Positions 22,978 to 34,023 of a stretch of 64,000 nucleotides of DNA are shown in pieces. A program made the translations under genes and the position numbers. The notes beneath the pieces were generated by a model. It searched no databases. It saw nothing but the letters and a program-made list of their open reading frames with translations, and had not been told where the DNA came from. The stretch comes from an uncultured Nitrospinota bacterium (GTDB lineage: Bacteria > Tectomicrobia > Entotheonellia > J063 > CAVPRW01). The stretch lies in the NCBI GenBank assembly GCA_963707985.1, contig CAVPRW010000018.1:177896-241895 (forward strand), written 5' to 3'. Each line of letters begins with the position of its first letter. Position 1 is the first letter of the stretch.

Positions 22978-23947
22978 ATGACCACGGGCTACAGTATTTG
23001 TCTCGGAACGGCGGGTTGGGGTGTATGGAGCAGTCCGGATGCGGGGAAGTCATGGGTGCGCCATCGCTGCTCCTTTTCCGCTGAATAGCCGCATCCAGGC
23101 GTTGGCCGTGCATCCGACGGAGGCGCAGACGATTTTTGCCGGCGGGGATACGGGTCTGTTCGTCAGCCATGATGGCGGCGCAAAGTGGCAGAGGCTCGGC
23201 TCGGAGGGAAATGTGCCGACCATCTGGTCGCTGGCGGTCGACCCCGTCGACCCCCATATTCTCTTTGCGGGGACAAGGCCTGCCGGCGTCTACCGCTCGC
23301 GCGATGGCGGACAGCACTGGGACAAATTGTCGGTGGACATCGCCAAGGAATGTTCCATCGGCACGCCCTTCGTGACCAGCGTCATGGTCGATCCTGGCGA
23401 CCACCGCACCGTATGGGCCGGGGTTGAAATCGATGGCGTGTTCCGCAGTCGGGATGGCGGAGAGACCTGGACACATGTCGAGACCGGGTTGTACGATCCG
23501 GACATCCACGCCATGGCGGTCGCGCCAACGCAGCTCACACGTGTGTTCACCAGCACGGCCCGTGAGTTGTTCGTCAGCGTCGACATGGGCGAGAAGTGGC
23601 AGCCTCTCGGTATCAAAGCGAAATGGCCTCTGCCCTATGCGCGGGGCATCGCCGTCAAGGCCGATGATCCTGGGGTGCTTTACGCTGGCTGTGGCGAAAC
23701 CACGACCGGCGAGCAAGGCCATGTGCTGCGCTCCACCGACGCGGGAGAGACGTGGGACATGCTGAAATTCCCCACGCCGGCCAACTCAACCATCTGGGGC
23801 CTGGCGACGCACCCGGCTGAGGCGAACCGTATTCTGGCGTTCAGCCTGTTTGGAGAGGTCTACGTCAGCGATGACGCCGGGGACTCCTGGACTAAGATCA
23901 GTCGGGAGTTTGGTGAAATCAGAGCGGCGGCATGGTTGCCCAACTGA
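22978..23947 (+). CDS. BNR/Asp-box repeat beta-propeller protein (frameshift near 23070)
   Basis: Repeated S-x-D-x-G-x-x-W boxes; N-terminus MTTGYSICLG lies in another frame, with a GGGAGG RBS. Confidence 0.85.
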
Positions 23948-24007
23948 GGAATCGTCCGGAGCTAATCTTGCGGCATCGAGTCTCGTACGGTCGAGGAGGG
24001 TGTCAAC

Positions 24008-25246
24008 ATGCGTGCTGAAAGCGGTATGTCACGCCGGCACATCTTGCGGCTAGCTCTTGCCGGGGGCGGGTTAGCCATGTCTGGTGGCATCCACACACTG
24101 TTCGCTCAAGCCCCGTTCACGCCAAGCCCCATTGTTCCGGCTCCCGGCTATATGGAAGCAGCGGAAAAGGCCCTCACCGAGCCGTTCAAAGGCATCACCA
24201 CGGATGGGACAGCCGTGCCGGGGCTGTTCTCGATACAGCAGACGGGCATCCCGACGACCCCGATCACGGACGCCGCCGCGGCCTTTCTCGCTGTGCTGAA
24301 CCCGGAGCAACAGGCAAAGATACTGTTTCCCATAGATAGCGACGAGTGGCGCAAGTGGAGTAACATCCCCAGCTACCCGCGCCAGGGAGTTTCCATAGCC
24401 GAGATGCATTCTACCCAACGTGACAGGGCTCTGGCACTGCTCAGGGCAGCGCTGAGCTCGAAAGGGTTTGCGACCGCCCAGGATATCATGCGGCTCAACG
24501 AGACGGTGGCAGAGCTGACCGGCAAGCGCGACGGATTTGGGGAGAGTCTCTACTGGTTCACCATCATGGGGACTCCTTCGGCGGGCGAGCCGTGGGGCTG
24601 GCAGCTTGACGGGCATCACCTGGTTATTAATTATTTTATTCGCGGAGACCAAATCGTCATGACCCCTACCTTCATGGGGTCGGAACCTGTCCATGCTGAA
24701 TCGGGTAAATATGCTGGAACGCGCGTATTTCAAGCAGAAGAAGCGCATGGCCTGGCGCTCATGCGAGCCCTGACAGCGGAGCAGCGGGTGAAGGCCACGC
24801 TGTCTAAAGATCTGCCCCGCGAGATCTTCACGGCGGCGTTCCGTGACAATTTCGAGATGCAATACGCCGGTATCCGCTATGACGCGCTGTCGAGCCCGCA
24901 GCAGGCCCTGCTGCTTGAGGTGATCCAGACCTACGTCGGCAACATCAGGCCTGGCCATGCTGAGGTCCGAATGGCGGAGGTGGAACGGCATCTGAGCGAT
25001 ACCTACTTTGCCTGGATGGGGGGCATCGACGAAGACAGCGTGTTTTATTACCGGGTCCACAGCCCGGTCATCCTCATCGAATTCGACCATCAACGCGGCA
25101 TTGCGCTGCGCACTGAGCAGCCATCGCGCAATCACATCCACACCGTGGTGCGCACGCCAAATGGTAACGATTACGGCAAGGATCTCCTGCGCCAGCATCA
25201 CCAACAATTCGACCATACACGGTTGGGAAGTGGCCATCAGCACTGA
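24008..25246 (+). CDS. DUF3500-like protein with Tat signal
   Basis: SRRHIL twin-arginine leader; WGWQLDGHHL, TPTFMGSEP, HIHTVVRTPNGNDYG. Confidence 0.8.
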   Translation: MRAESGMSRRHILRLALAGGGLAMSGGIHTLFAQAPFTPSPIVPAPGYMEAAEKALTEPFKGITTDGTAVPGLFSIQQTGIPTTPITDAAAAFLAVLNPEQQAKILFPIDSDEWRKWSNIPSYPRQGVSIAEMHSTQRDRALALLRAALSSKGFATAQDIMRLNETVAELTGKRDGFGESLYWFTIMGTPSAGEPWGWQLDGHHLVINYFIRGDQIVMTPTFMGSEPVHAESGKYAGTRVFQAEEAHGLALMRALTAEQRVKATLSKDLPREIFTAAFRDNFEMQYAGIRYDALSSPQQALLLEVIQTYVGNIRPGHAEVRMAEVERHLSDTYFAWMGGIDEDSVFYYRVHSPVILIEFDHQRGIALRTEQPSRNHIHTVVRTPNGNDYGKDLLRQHHQQFDHTRLGSGHQH

Positions 25247-25360
25247 GTGCCAGACCCCGGGTCGGAAAGGCGTCGGTGATATCGGGGCGGCCATGGGGAT
25301 TCTGACACAGCTGGCAGGATATGACAGAATATTTACGTCTAAACCGGAAAGGGGTGCATT

Positions 25361-27294
25361 ATGCTCATCAACTTGAAGATTGACCGCATGGAGCCATTTG
25401 CTGATGGGCTGGAATTCGGACCGGCGGGGGGATACCTTCGCATCACGGGAACGGCATACGGAGAGTTGGACCCAGCCCATCCGCTAAATACCGTCATCGT
25501 CAACCTTGACAAGGCGCCTCGCAATGGACGCGGCCTCGTCGAGTACGAGGCGGAGTTCGATATCCTGCGACCGGCGGATGTCGACAGAGGCAACCGGAAG
25601 ATCCTGTACGAGGTGGTGAACCGGGGGCGCAAGAATCTCCTGCCAGTGTTCCATGTGACACCCGAGACCTCTCCGACGTCCTACAACGATCCTGTCACGG
25701 CAACGGATGCTGGCACCGGTTTTACCTTCCGCGCCGGCTATACCCTGGTATGGAGCGGGTGGGACCCAGATGCCCCACGTGCCAATCACGGCCTGAGTAT
25801 GCGCGTCCCAGTCGCAACGCAGAATGGCACGCCGATCGTGAAAACCATTCGGGATGAGTTTGTGTTCGGCACGCGGGTTCCCACCACACGGCTGACCGCT
25901 CCCCTGAGTTATGAGGCCGAGACTCTGGATCAGGGCCAGGCGCGTCTCACCGTACGCACCAGAGAAGGGGACCCACGCACCGAGATTCCGCCATCCCAGT
26001 GGGCCTACTGCGAATGCCCGGAGCATCAAGCTCCTACCGGAGGGCACCGCGTTCCAGCCCGGCTTGATTTATGATTTCTGGTACCCGGCGAAGGATCCCA
26101 AAGTGCTGGGAATTGGCTTTGCGGCAACGCGCGATCTCATCTCTTTCTTGCGTTACGAGGCCCGAGACCGCGCTGGCAATGCGAACCCCGTAGCGCTCGA
26201 CGGCGGTGAGCCGGGGTGCAGAGCGGTGCTGGCGTTCGGCCAGTCGCAGAGCGGTCGGTATCTCCGTGATCACGTCGCTCTCGGCTTCAATCAAGATGAA
26301 GCGGGACGCAGAGTTATCGACGGCTACCTGAGCCACGTCGCCGGCATTGGCAAGGTCTTCGCCAACTACGAATTCGGCCAGCCGTATCGCACCCGCACCC
26401 AGCATGAGGATCATTGGTTCCCCGAAAACCACTTTCCATTTGCCCATGCGACGCTCACCGACCCGGTGACCGGCCAGACCGGAGGCTTATGGCGTGGCGA
26501 TGGCTTCGATCCGCTGGTCATCGAGGTCAATACCTCGACAGAATACTGGCAAAAGGGCGCGTCGCTGTTGCACACCGATCCGCTGGGGCAGCAGGATATC
26601 GTCATTCCCCCTTCGGTCCGCCATTATATGGTCGCTGGGACGCAGCACGGCGGCCGCTGCGGGTATGCGAGCAGCACGAGGGACTGGCGTGCATCCCCGT
26701 AATCCCCACGACCCAACGCCAGCGCTCCGGGCCCTCTTGGTTGCACTCGATCGCTGGGTCACCGAAGGTGTAGAGCCGCCACCCAGTCGCGTGCCAACGC
26801 TTGTCGCAAGAACACTCGTAGCACCAAAGGACATACAGTTTCCAGCCATCCCTGAGATGCAAGCGCCGGGCTTTACCGATCGTGTTGAAGTGCTGACGGA
26901 CTGGGTGCGTCCAGAGTCGGCTCCCAGCAGCGCCTATACCGCACTCGTGTCACAAGTGGATGGGGATGGGAACGAGGTTGCCGGCATTCGTCTACCTGGG
27001 ATCGCCGTGCCACTGGCCACCCATACGGGATGGAATTTCTACAAGGCCCCGTATCCCGAGGGCGAGCTGTGCGATCGCGAGGGCTCCTATGTGCCCTTTG
27101 CCAGGACAAAGGCAGAGCGCCTGGCAAACGGCGACCCCCGCCTGTCGCTGGAGGAACGGTACGCTAATCAAGAGGCCTATGTACAGAGGGTCAAAGAGGC
27201 CGTGCGCGAGTTGCAGGATGCGGGTCTCCTATTGCCCGAAGACGCTGCTCGCTTCGTGGATGAGGCGGCGCGTGGCCAGCTGTTCGCGTCCTAA
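25361..27294 (+). CDS. Alpha/beta-hydrolase-domain protein (frameshifts near 26010 and 26660)
   Basis: Three overlapping ORFs form one continuous protein: YEVVNRG, GQSQSGR nucleophile elbow, GTQH, DPRLSLEERY. Confidence 0.8.
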
Positions 27295-27507
27295 TCCCTT
27301 GTTAGCTCTGGAGTGGTATAACATGGCTTGATCTGTCGGGGAGGGTCTGGGGGAAAGGGTCCGTCCCGGCGTGGCCTCATCTAGGCTCGGCAAAGCGAGC
27401 GGAATCTTGGTGCCCGCCAGCTGGGTTGACCTTATTCGGGAGGTTAGCTGGCTATGTGAGATCCCATGAGCCAAACAGCCTGAATACTTGCAAGCAGCGA
27501 ATGATGC

Positions 27508-28960
27508 TTAGGACCCTTGCGATTCTAGAATGAAGGACAGGCCATCGGCCATCTGCGTCATACGCCCCAGGAACAGACTGCCCTTGGCGAGGAACATGAC
27601 GCGTCTCATGGTACCAGATGTCATGCGGTCAAGTGCATGGCCCAAAAACGGAATGGCTGAGGCAATATGACCTTGAGTGGGCGAAAAACCCGGCATACCA
27701 TGGGCGCTCACGAACGCTGCGACCTCCGCCGGGAGAATTTCCTTCCGGAGCGCGGCTAGACCGGCGATGACACGATAGTTCAGCAGTGGCACATTGCCGC
27801 TGCCGGCGGGTTCAGTCACCTCGGGATTGTGCAGCTCTGTGGCATACTTGTCGACGTCCCGAAATCGCAATCCAAGCTGCTGTAAGGGCTTCGCAACGAG
27901 GTGCTCGAATATCGCCTGCTGCGACGATCCAGCGCCAACGGTATGGCGCCCAATCGCATCGACACGCATGACGGGTGAGTGTCCATCGTTTTCGCCGACA
28001 AGAATCGCTACGCCCGCCAGCACATCTTCCAGAATCGGCTGATCGTGCTGGAGGTGCCCCTGAAATTTCATGCCCAGCTTGGCGAGCGAGCAGCCGGCGA
28101 TGACCGCAACCTGCCGAAACATCCGGGAGCTGATCAGGCCCCCGGCCAAGGCCAGCGCGTGAACCGGGCCACAGCAGAAGCCTTTGACGTCAACGCCGGT
28201 TGCCATTCTGCAACCACACATCTCTGCTACCGCTTTGGCCAGGTTACCACCGCCTCGTTGGTAGCGATCGCCGACCGCTTCCTCGCCGCTGTTCAGAACA
28301 TACTCGATGGTCTGTGAATCGGTGCCCGTCTGACTTAACAGGGTCCGGAAAGCCATCGTAGCGCTGGCCTTGCAAACCAGATTTTCCAACAGGATGTCGG
28401 CGGTCAAAGAACCATCTTCATCATGAGCTGCGTGGATGCAGCCAATCAATCTCCCGTCGCGAAGATACAGAGGCTGGATCTGTCGATCGGTCCGCAGCTT
28501 GGATTCGATGCTAGCCAGTGATATGCCATCACCCAGCCGGCCGAGGTCCGCGACAGTGATGAGGGGATGCGTGGCCAGCAGATCTTTAACGGTCGCAGTG
28601 AATTGCTCGTCGAGCCACACCAGATCGAAGACGTCACACATCTTCACGATCCCGTAAAACTCCTCCTCTGGCATGATCTCGCCATGTGGCCCCCAGCGGC
28701 GCGCCCCATCGGTCACCTTGAACCAAGGTTGGCCATAGCTACGAAGGTCGTCGGGAAAGATACTCCCCAGGAACGCCTGGTTAGGAGGATACGCCGCGGC
28801 CGCTGCGTACGGGCGTAGGTGTGCAGAAATCGTGGCCATCAAGCCCTGGATCCTTGCCAAGCTCGCGCGCTGGTTTGGAGCCATAGCGCACCAAACCCGG
28901 CGTATGCGCAAGGAAAAAGCGTACCCCGCGTATGACCGGCTCAACGATCGCCTGGGGCAT
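27508..28960 (-). CDS. grdC: Glycine/sarcosine/betaine reductase component C beta subunit-like protein (FabH-like fold); frameshift near 28845
   Basis: True N-terminus MPQAIVEPVIRGVRFFLAHTPGLVRYGSKP with GGAG RBS; EEAVGDRYQRGGGN, GFCCGP, ELHNPE, PTQGHI, KGSLFLGRMT. Confidence 0.85.
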
Positions 28961-29040
28961 CTGTATGCTCCTTCGAAAAGGGCCGCGTGCTGAAGGCTGT
29001 GCAGAGGGGCTAGCTCAGCCCTCAGCGGGCAGTGCCGACC

Positions 29041-30342
29041 TCAAAATTCCGCACAACTCAGGCGATTGAAGCCGTAATGATCGTCGTATCGTGGCGGTGG
29101 CGGCAAAGGGCCAACGGTTGGCACTGGCTGATCGCGTAGCGGACCGATCAGCTTCGTCTGGTGGCCGATGACGCGTTGGACAGCGGGTAGTTCGGGGACC
29201 TCGAGCGTGCGCGTTTTAAAAAAACTGGTGCTGACGATGGCATCTGCCTCCCGCAGTGGTTCAAGCATCGTTGGGGCTCCGCCGGTGGCGTCATCCTCGC
29301 TGGTCAAAAATACGGTTTTGATGCCCAGTTGCTCGCATGCCTGGATGGTGCGGATAACCTCGATAAACTCGTTGCCCCCGGCATCCCAGGTGACAATCGC
29401 ACCCTGTGCCCCCAACATCTGGGCAAGCTTGGCCGTCTGATTGGCCATCAACTGCTTCTCGTGTTGCGTCGTCCATTCCGTGCGCAACGCAATGACCCCA
29501 AGGAAATTCCAGTCCACCCCATGCCGTCGATACAGGTCCAGGAGCACCGGGTTATTGGCGACGGTCCATGACATCGCCAGAGCGGTGCGATAGGGACCGG
29601 TCATCGCACCATCGAGGATTTCATTGGGATGAAATAGCCAGGGGGGTGTCAGTTGCGTCAGGCCATACGTGGTGGTGCAGAAGGTATGCAATGACCCGGA
29701 CATCGCCTGTGGTGAGTGGATGCATTGGATGTACATCACCTTGGGCAGGGTATGATCAACCGAGCCTAACTCGAATACCTCAGACTCTGGAGGCGGCAAG
29801 TCTCGTACGGCGGCTGCTAGCCGATCGGACACGGTGAGAGCCGCGTTATGGACGGCGAGATTTTGGGCCTCGTTTCCTAGAGCAGGGTCAGGTTCCACGA
29901 CGACACACACATTGATCAGCGAGCTCATCGGGATCAACTCAGCCCATGGCCCGCTCATATCCAGGAAGATTTCGACATAGTCCCCACCGGCCTCATGCCA
30001 ATTGACCCCGGAGACTTCGGTGACCCCTATCCCTGCAAGACGATGGGTCCGCCCCTGGCCAACAGTCGTAATCGGCCGACCGCAGATCCCAGGGTACACG
30101 ACGCCCGGTCCTTCGACTTTGATACGTGGCTCGATGACATCGCGTACGGGCCAGATGCGGACTGATTCCCCAGGCTTCGCGATCTCCAGCTCAGCTGTAG
30201 CGATACGCGGGTCGTGCAGGATCACGTCGAGAATGGCGTCGCGATCGATCTCCAGACGCCCATCCTGCCACCGCGTATGAGATCCAAAAACGACATCGTG
30301 TACCGGGAATGTCCCCATTTCAAGACGCATTCGAATCTCCAC
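29041..30342 (-). CDS. Glycine/sarcosine/betaine reductase component B proprotein-like subunit (GrdE/GrdG/GrdI family)
   Basis: PGESVRIWPVRDVIEPR, VGQGRTHRL, DMSGP, HPNEILDGA, NNPVLLDLY; lies between grdB-like and grdC-like genes. Confidence 0.85.
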   Translation of the reverse strand: MEIRMRLEMGTFPVHDVVFGSHTRWQDGRLEIDRDAILDVILHDPRIATAELEIAKPGESVRIWPVRDVIEPRIKVEGPGVVYPGICGRPITTVGQGRTHRLAGIGVTEVSGVNWHEAGGDYVEIFLDMSGPWAELIPMSSLINVCVVVEPDPALGNEAQNLAVHNAALTVSDRLAAAVRDLPPPESEVFELGSVDHTLPKVMYIQCIHSPQAMSGSLHTFCTTTYGLTQLTPPWLFHPNEILDGAMTGPYRTALAMSWTVANNPVLLDLYRRHGVDWNFLGVIALRTEWTTQHEKQLMANQTAKLAQMLGAQGAIVTWDAGGNEFIEVIRTIQACEQLGIKTVFLTSEDDATGGAPTMLEPLREADAIVSTSFFKTRTLEVPELPAVQRVIGHQTKLIGPLRDQPVPTVGPLPPPPRYDDHYGFNRLSCAEF

Positions 30343-30453
30343 GTGACTCCCTCACCCATAGAGAGCATGGTCACCAGGTTGAGGGTAGACACCAGCAATG
30401 AGGCACCCTTCACCCCCTCCCAAGCTTGGAGAGGGCTGCGGCCAGGGAGACGC

Positions 30454-31788
30454 TTAGCCGTCGGGCAACTCCACCGGATCGAACAGCGTCGGCCTATCAA
30501 CGGGTGTCTGCAACGCCTTCAAGGCTGTGCGGACGATGCGCAGTCCGTACAGATAATCTTTCTCAGGACCAAGGTCTGGGTCCCCGCAGACATGCTCGAT
30601 TCGACTGCCTCGTACCACGCGATTGGCCCCGGTTGTCATGGCGAACTCATAGATCGCTGAAATCTGGGCCGTGGGAATGCCGACGCGCTCAATCTCTTTG
30701 GTCATCGTTGCACCGCAACGATTGCAAGTGCCTCAAGTGGCGACCAGAAGACAGCCGGCAACCCGGGCTTCCTGGAGCTCGCGGGCTACGTCTGCCCCCA
30801 TGCGCCGCGCCTGTGCCACTGGAGTGCTCACCCCCGGCAGGGCGTATATATAGGGATATATGCCACCGATCTCACCCTTAGCCTCTATGTCGCGCATGAA
30901 GCTCAGAGGCAGGATATAATTGGGATTCTTGTTGACAATATGATTGAAATAGCCAGCGTGATAAGCCTCCCAGTCTTTCCCGCTCAAACTTTCAAGCTCT
31001 GAGACATCATGGCGGAAGTAGCGCGTTGCGTTGGCGGAGACTTGCTTATCGGGATTTCCTTTGCGGACCAGGCCGCCGGTGGTGACGAGGGCGATCGTCG
31101 CCGTCGCGAGATCAGCGATGGGCAAAGCGGGCGAGACGCGTTCGGGGACCAGAATCGGCACCTCGGTGGTGAACGGCTGTCCCGCCAATTTGGCTTTGAG
31201 CATATCGAGCGCACGTCGGTATCCTGGAGTCGCACGGGTATATATCAAGCGCACGCCGCGGGGCAGAAACCCCTCGACTTCAGCGGGCCCAAGGGATTCT
31301 CTGCGACCCAGTTTGATGCCCAGGCGGGCCATCTCCCTGAGAGCAGCCTGCATCCCCACTGGACTGGCACCGGTGGGAACGATCAAGATATCTGGTCTAC
31401 CACTCTCGACTCCAGGGTTCTCCGGATGCATCCCTGTCAACGCCGGGATGCCGATCCCCTGTGCAGCTTTGCAAACCTCGGCACAGGCCAATCCGTAGCG
31501 CCCGGACTCGAAGGCCGGCCCAGCGATTACCACATCTGGCTTGAGGTCTTGCAGCATCCCGACGATCGCCGTGATGGCGTCATCACGTGCATCGTTGAGA
31601 AAGTTGTCGCCGCAGATGAGCGTGGCCACCACGGAGCCCTCGTCATTAAGGATCTGTTGGAGGGGACGCCCAGAGCCGACCGGACCTTGCTGCACACGGG
31701 GAGGGATGTTGGCTGCATCCTCTCCGCCAATTCCCGCAAAGAACTGGTTCAGATAATGAACCACTCGCAACGGGGCTCGCATAGCCAT
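30454..31788 (-). CDS. grdB: Glycine/sarcosine/betaine reductase selenoprotein B (Sec at TGA 30733-30735)
   Basis: VHYLNQFFAGIGGE, GPAFESGRYG. ORFs 30733-31788 and 30454-30705 are in frame across a TGA, giving VAT-U-GTCNRCGATMTKEIER (UxxCxxC). Confidence 0.93.
30704..30722 (-). promoter_or_regulatory. Bacterial SECIS-like hairpin
   Basis: AUCGUUGC-GGU-GCAACGAU, a perfect 8-bp stem with a G-led loop about 18 nt after the UGA. Confidence 0.78.
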
Positions 31789-32228
31789 CCTCCCACCTTC
31801 TCACGTGCTTCAGACGCCCTCCATGGTCATCTGTCCACGGCCATGAGTGTATAACGCCTTGCAGCCGCACACCGAGACCTTCATTACCAGCCTGCGATCG
31901 AAGAACTGCTGCCAATATACTACCTGAAAGGCCGCGCACTGTAGTTCCACCCTTCCCAACCCCTCATCCGTCAAGAGGGAGGGCTGGGTGGGGGACCGAT
32001 ACCATGCACGGGGCCTATGGCGCCCAGCATTATGAGTTGTCCCAGACCATTGGTATGGCATCAATGGCGCGATCTTACTGCAGGGGCGGACATGTCGGCA
32101 AGAGAAAAAGCCGTGAGCCTCAAGTCCCTATGCTATAACATCAGGCATGAGGTTCAAGTCTACTGACCCGAGGACGGGAGATGGATACATCGAGGAAAGG
32201 TTTGCGCCAGCGACGTGAGGGGACTTCG

Positions 32229-33029
32229 ATGGTTGATTACGGTGTTTATAGGCATCTTATCGTCGATAAGCAAGAAGGCATCGCACGCATCACGATGAAC
32301 CGACCCGAGGTCTATAACGCCACCAATGGCCGATTACACTACGAGCTCGGGCACATTTGGCTGGATATTGGTGCGGATCCTGAGGTGCGGGTGGCGATCA
32401 TTACAGGGGCGGGAAAGGCCTTTTCTGCTGGGGGAGATCTGGACCTGATCGAGGATTTTCTTGGGGATGCACCGGCGATCGCGAATACGATGAAGGAGGC
32501 CGGCGACATCGTCTACAACATCATAAACCTGGAAAAGCCGGTGATCTCAGCCATCAACGGCATCGCTGTAGGCGCCGGTCTGGCAGTGGCACTGATGGCG
32601 GACATCTCAATCGCTTCAGAGGAAGCGCGCTTTACGGATGGCCATATCCGTCTGGGAGTGGGAGCTGGTGATCACTCTGTCATCATCTGGCCGCTCTTGT
32701 GTGGTATGGCCCGCGCCAAGCGCTATTTGTTGACGGCCGACTTTCTTGACGCGAAAGAGGCCGAGCGTATCGGGTTGATAAGTATGGTCGTGCCTCACGA
32801 GCAATTGATGCCCACCGCCATGGAATTTGCACACAAACTGGCCACCGGCCCACAATCGGCCATCCGTTGGACAAAACGGGCACTCAACCAGTGGTTGCGC
32901 ATGATGGGCCCGGCCTTCGATTACTCGTTAGCCACTGAGATGCTCGGCTTCTTCGGCCCTGACGTTCGGGAAGGGCTGCAAGCCTTACGCGAGAAGCGCC
33001 AGCCGAACTTTCCCTCAGCACAGGGATGA
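32229..33029 (+). CDS. Enoyl-CoA hydratase/isomerase family protein
   Basis: TMNRPEVYNA, AFSAGGDL, KPVISAINGIAVGAG. Confidence 0.92.
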   Translation: MVDYGVYRHLIVDKQEGIARITMNRPEVYNATNGRLHYELGHIWLDIGADPEVRVAIITGAGKAFSAGGDLDLIEDFLGDAPAIANTMKEAGDIVYNIINLEKPVISAINGIAVGAGLAVALMADISIASEEARFTDGHIRLGVGAGDHSVIIWPLLCGMARAKRYLLTADFLDAKEAERIGLISMVVPHEQLMPTAMEFAHKLATGPQSAIRWTKRALNQWLRMMGPAFDYSLATEMLGFFGPDVREGLQALREKRQPNFPSAQG

Positions 33030-33178
33030 GGCAGAGGCGTCTGGCGCCGCGGCCAATCTCTGCGGGAAGAGGGATAGCACCTCTCCAGAGTGTCGAAATC
33101 AGGCTGTGTCGCTGCTCAAATCAAGAGGCCCGGCTACTAATACATGGCAGCCGAGCCTTGGAGCCTCATCGCACAATG

Positions 33179-33637
33179 TTAGCGGGTGCAACTTTGCTGT
33201 TGCTGCTTCATGTAGGCTTCGGCACGCCTTGCCAGCTCTTCAGGCTGCAGATCTTCGATATGGGTGGCGATCCACCAATGATTGCCGACGGGATCGACCA
33301 CGCTTGCGCTGCGGTCTCCATAAAACTGGTTCGCCGGCTCCATCAATGACTTCGCACCTGCTTGAAGCGCCCGCTGGTAGGTGGCATCCGTGTCATTGAC
33401 ATACAGGTAAATAGAGCCAGGCATAGGCTTGAAATCGCCATGAGCCTCGCCCATCATAATGGGCGAGTCCCCAACCCTCACCTCGGCATGGGCAATGGTC
33501 CCATCCGGTGCTGGCATCCGCATAATCTCTTGTGCGGTGAACGCTTGCTTCAGGAAATCAAGTAACTTCGGCACGTCTTGAACCATCAGATAAGGTGTCA
33601 CGCTATGAAAACCCTCAGGGATCGGTTTGACTGCCAT
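33179..33637 (-). CDS. VOC family protein (PhnB-like)
   Basis: KPIPEGFHSVTPYL, HAEVRVGDS, QFYGDR, DPVGNHWWIATH; AGGAGG RBS. Confidence 0.9.
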   Translation of the reverse strand: MAVKPIPEGFHSVTPYLMVQDVPKLLDFLKQAFTAQEIMRMPAPDGTIAHAEVRVGDSPIMMGEAHGDFKPMPGSIYLYVNDTDATYQRALQAGAKSLMEPANQFYGDRSASVVDPVGNHWWIATHIEDLQPEELARRAEAYMKQQQQSCTR

Positions 33638-33734
33638 GTGCAATTCCTCCTTTGCCGATGATTGGTCGGTGACGTGTTACAGCGATCAGCACCGCAGACG
33701 TCGTAGGCTTACACGACCCCTTGCTCACCCCCTT

Positions 33735-34001
33735 TCATGCAGCCGGCCGCTTTTGCTGCTGGCGCGTCGGTGGCGTGGCCTCGAGCGACGATAGCGATGT
33801 CGGGTGCGCCACCGTCAAAGCTCGAACGGAATGGAACCACTGGGACAACGGCCACACCGTTTCGCCGCTCGTGCATCTGGGACAGCGCGGGCTACCGGTG
33901 AAGATGATCTCGCATCCAACGCAGAAGAGCGCCCGCCCTAGGAGAATCTGCCCCTGAGAATGGCCATAGTCTCGTCGTACGACAAAGGATCGTTTCGACA
34001 T
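33735..34001 (-). CDS. Small putative zinc-ribbon protein downstream of lexA
   Basis: GAAGGAG RBS; 22 bp after the lexA stop; CVGC...CPRC. Confidence 0.65.
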   Translation of the reverse strand: MSKRSFVVRRDYGHSQGQILLGRALFCVGCEIIFTGSPRCPRCTSGETVWPLSQWFHSVRALTVAHPTSLSSLEATPPTRQQQKRPAA

Positions 34002-34023
34002 GCTGTGATCTCCTTCCCTGCGC

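Noticed and set aside
18458..25480. Long antisense ORFs (e.g. 18458-19450, 22976-23722, 24071-25480; also 57284-58480)
   Set aside because: They shadow well-supported genes on the opposite strand and have no motifs; expected in GC-rich DNA.
31790..32180. Hidden grdA selenoprotein gene upstream of grdB
   Set aside because: No frame gives a CxxU or GrdA-like sequence; ORF 31810-32064 looks spurious.
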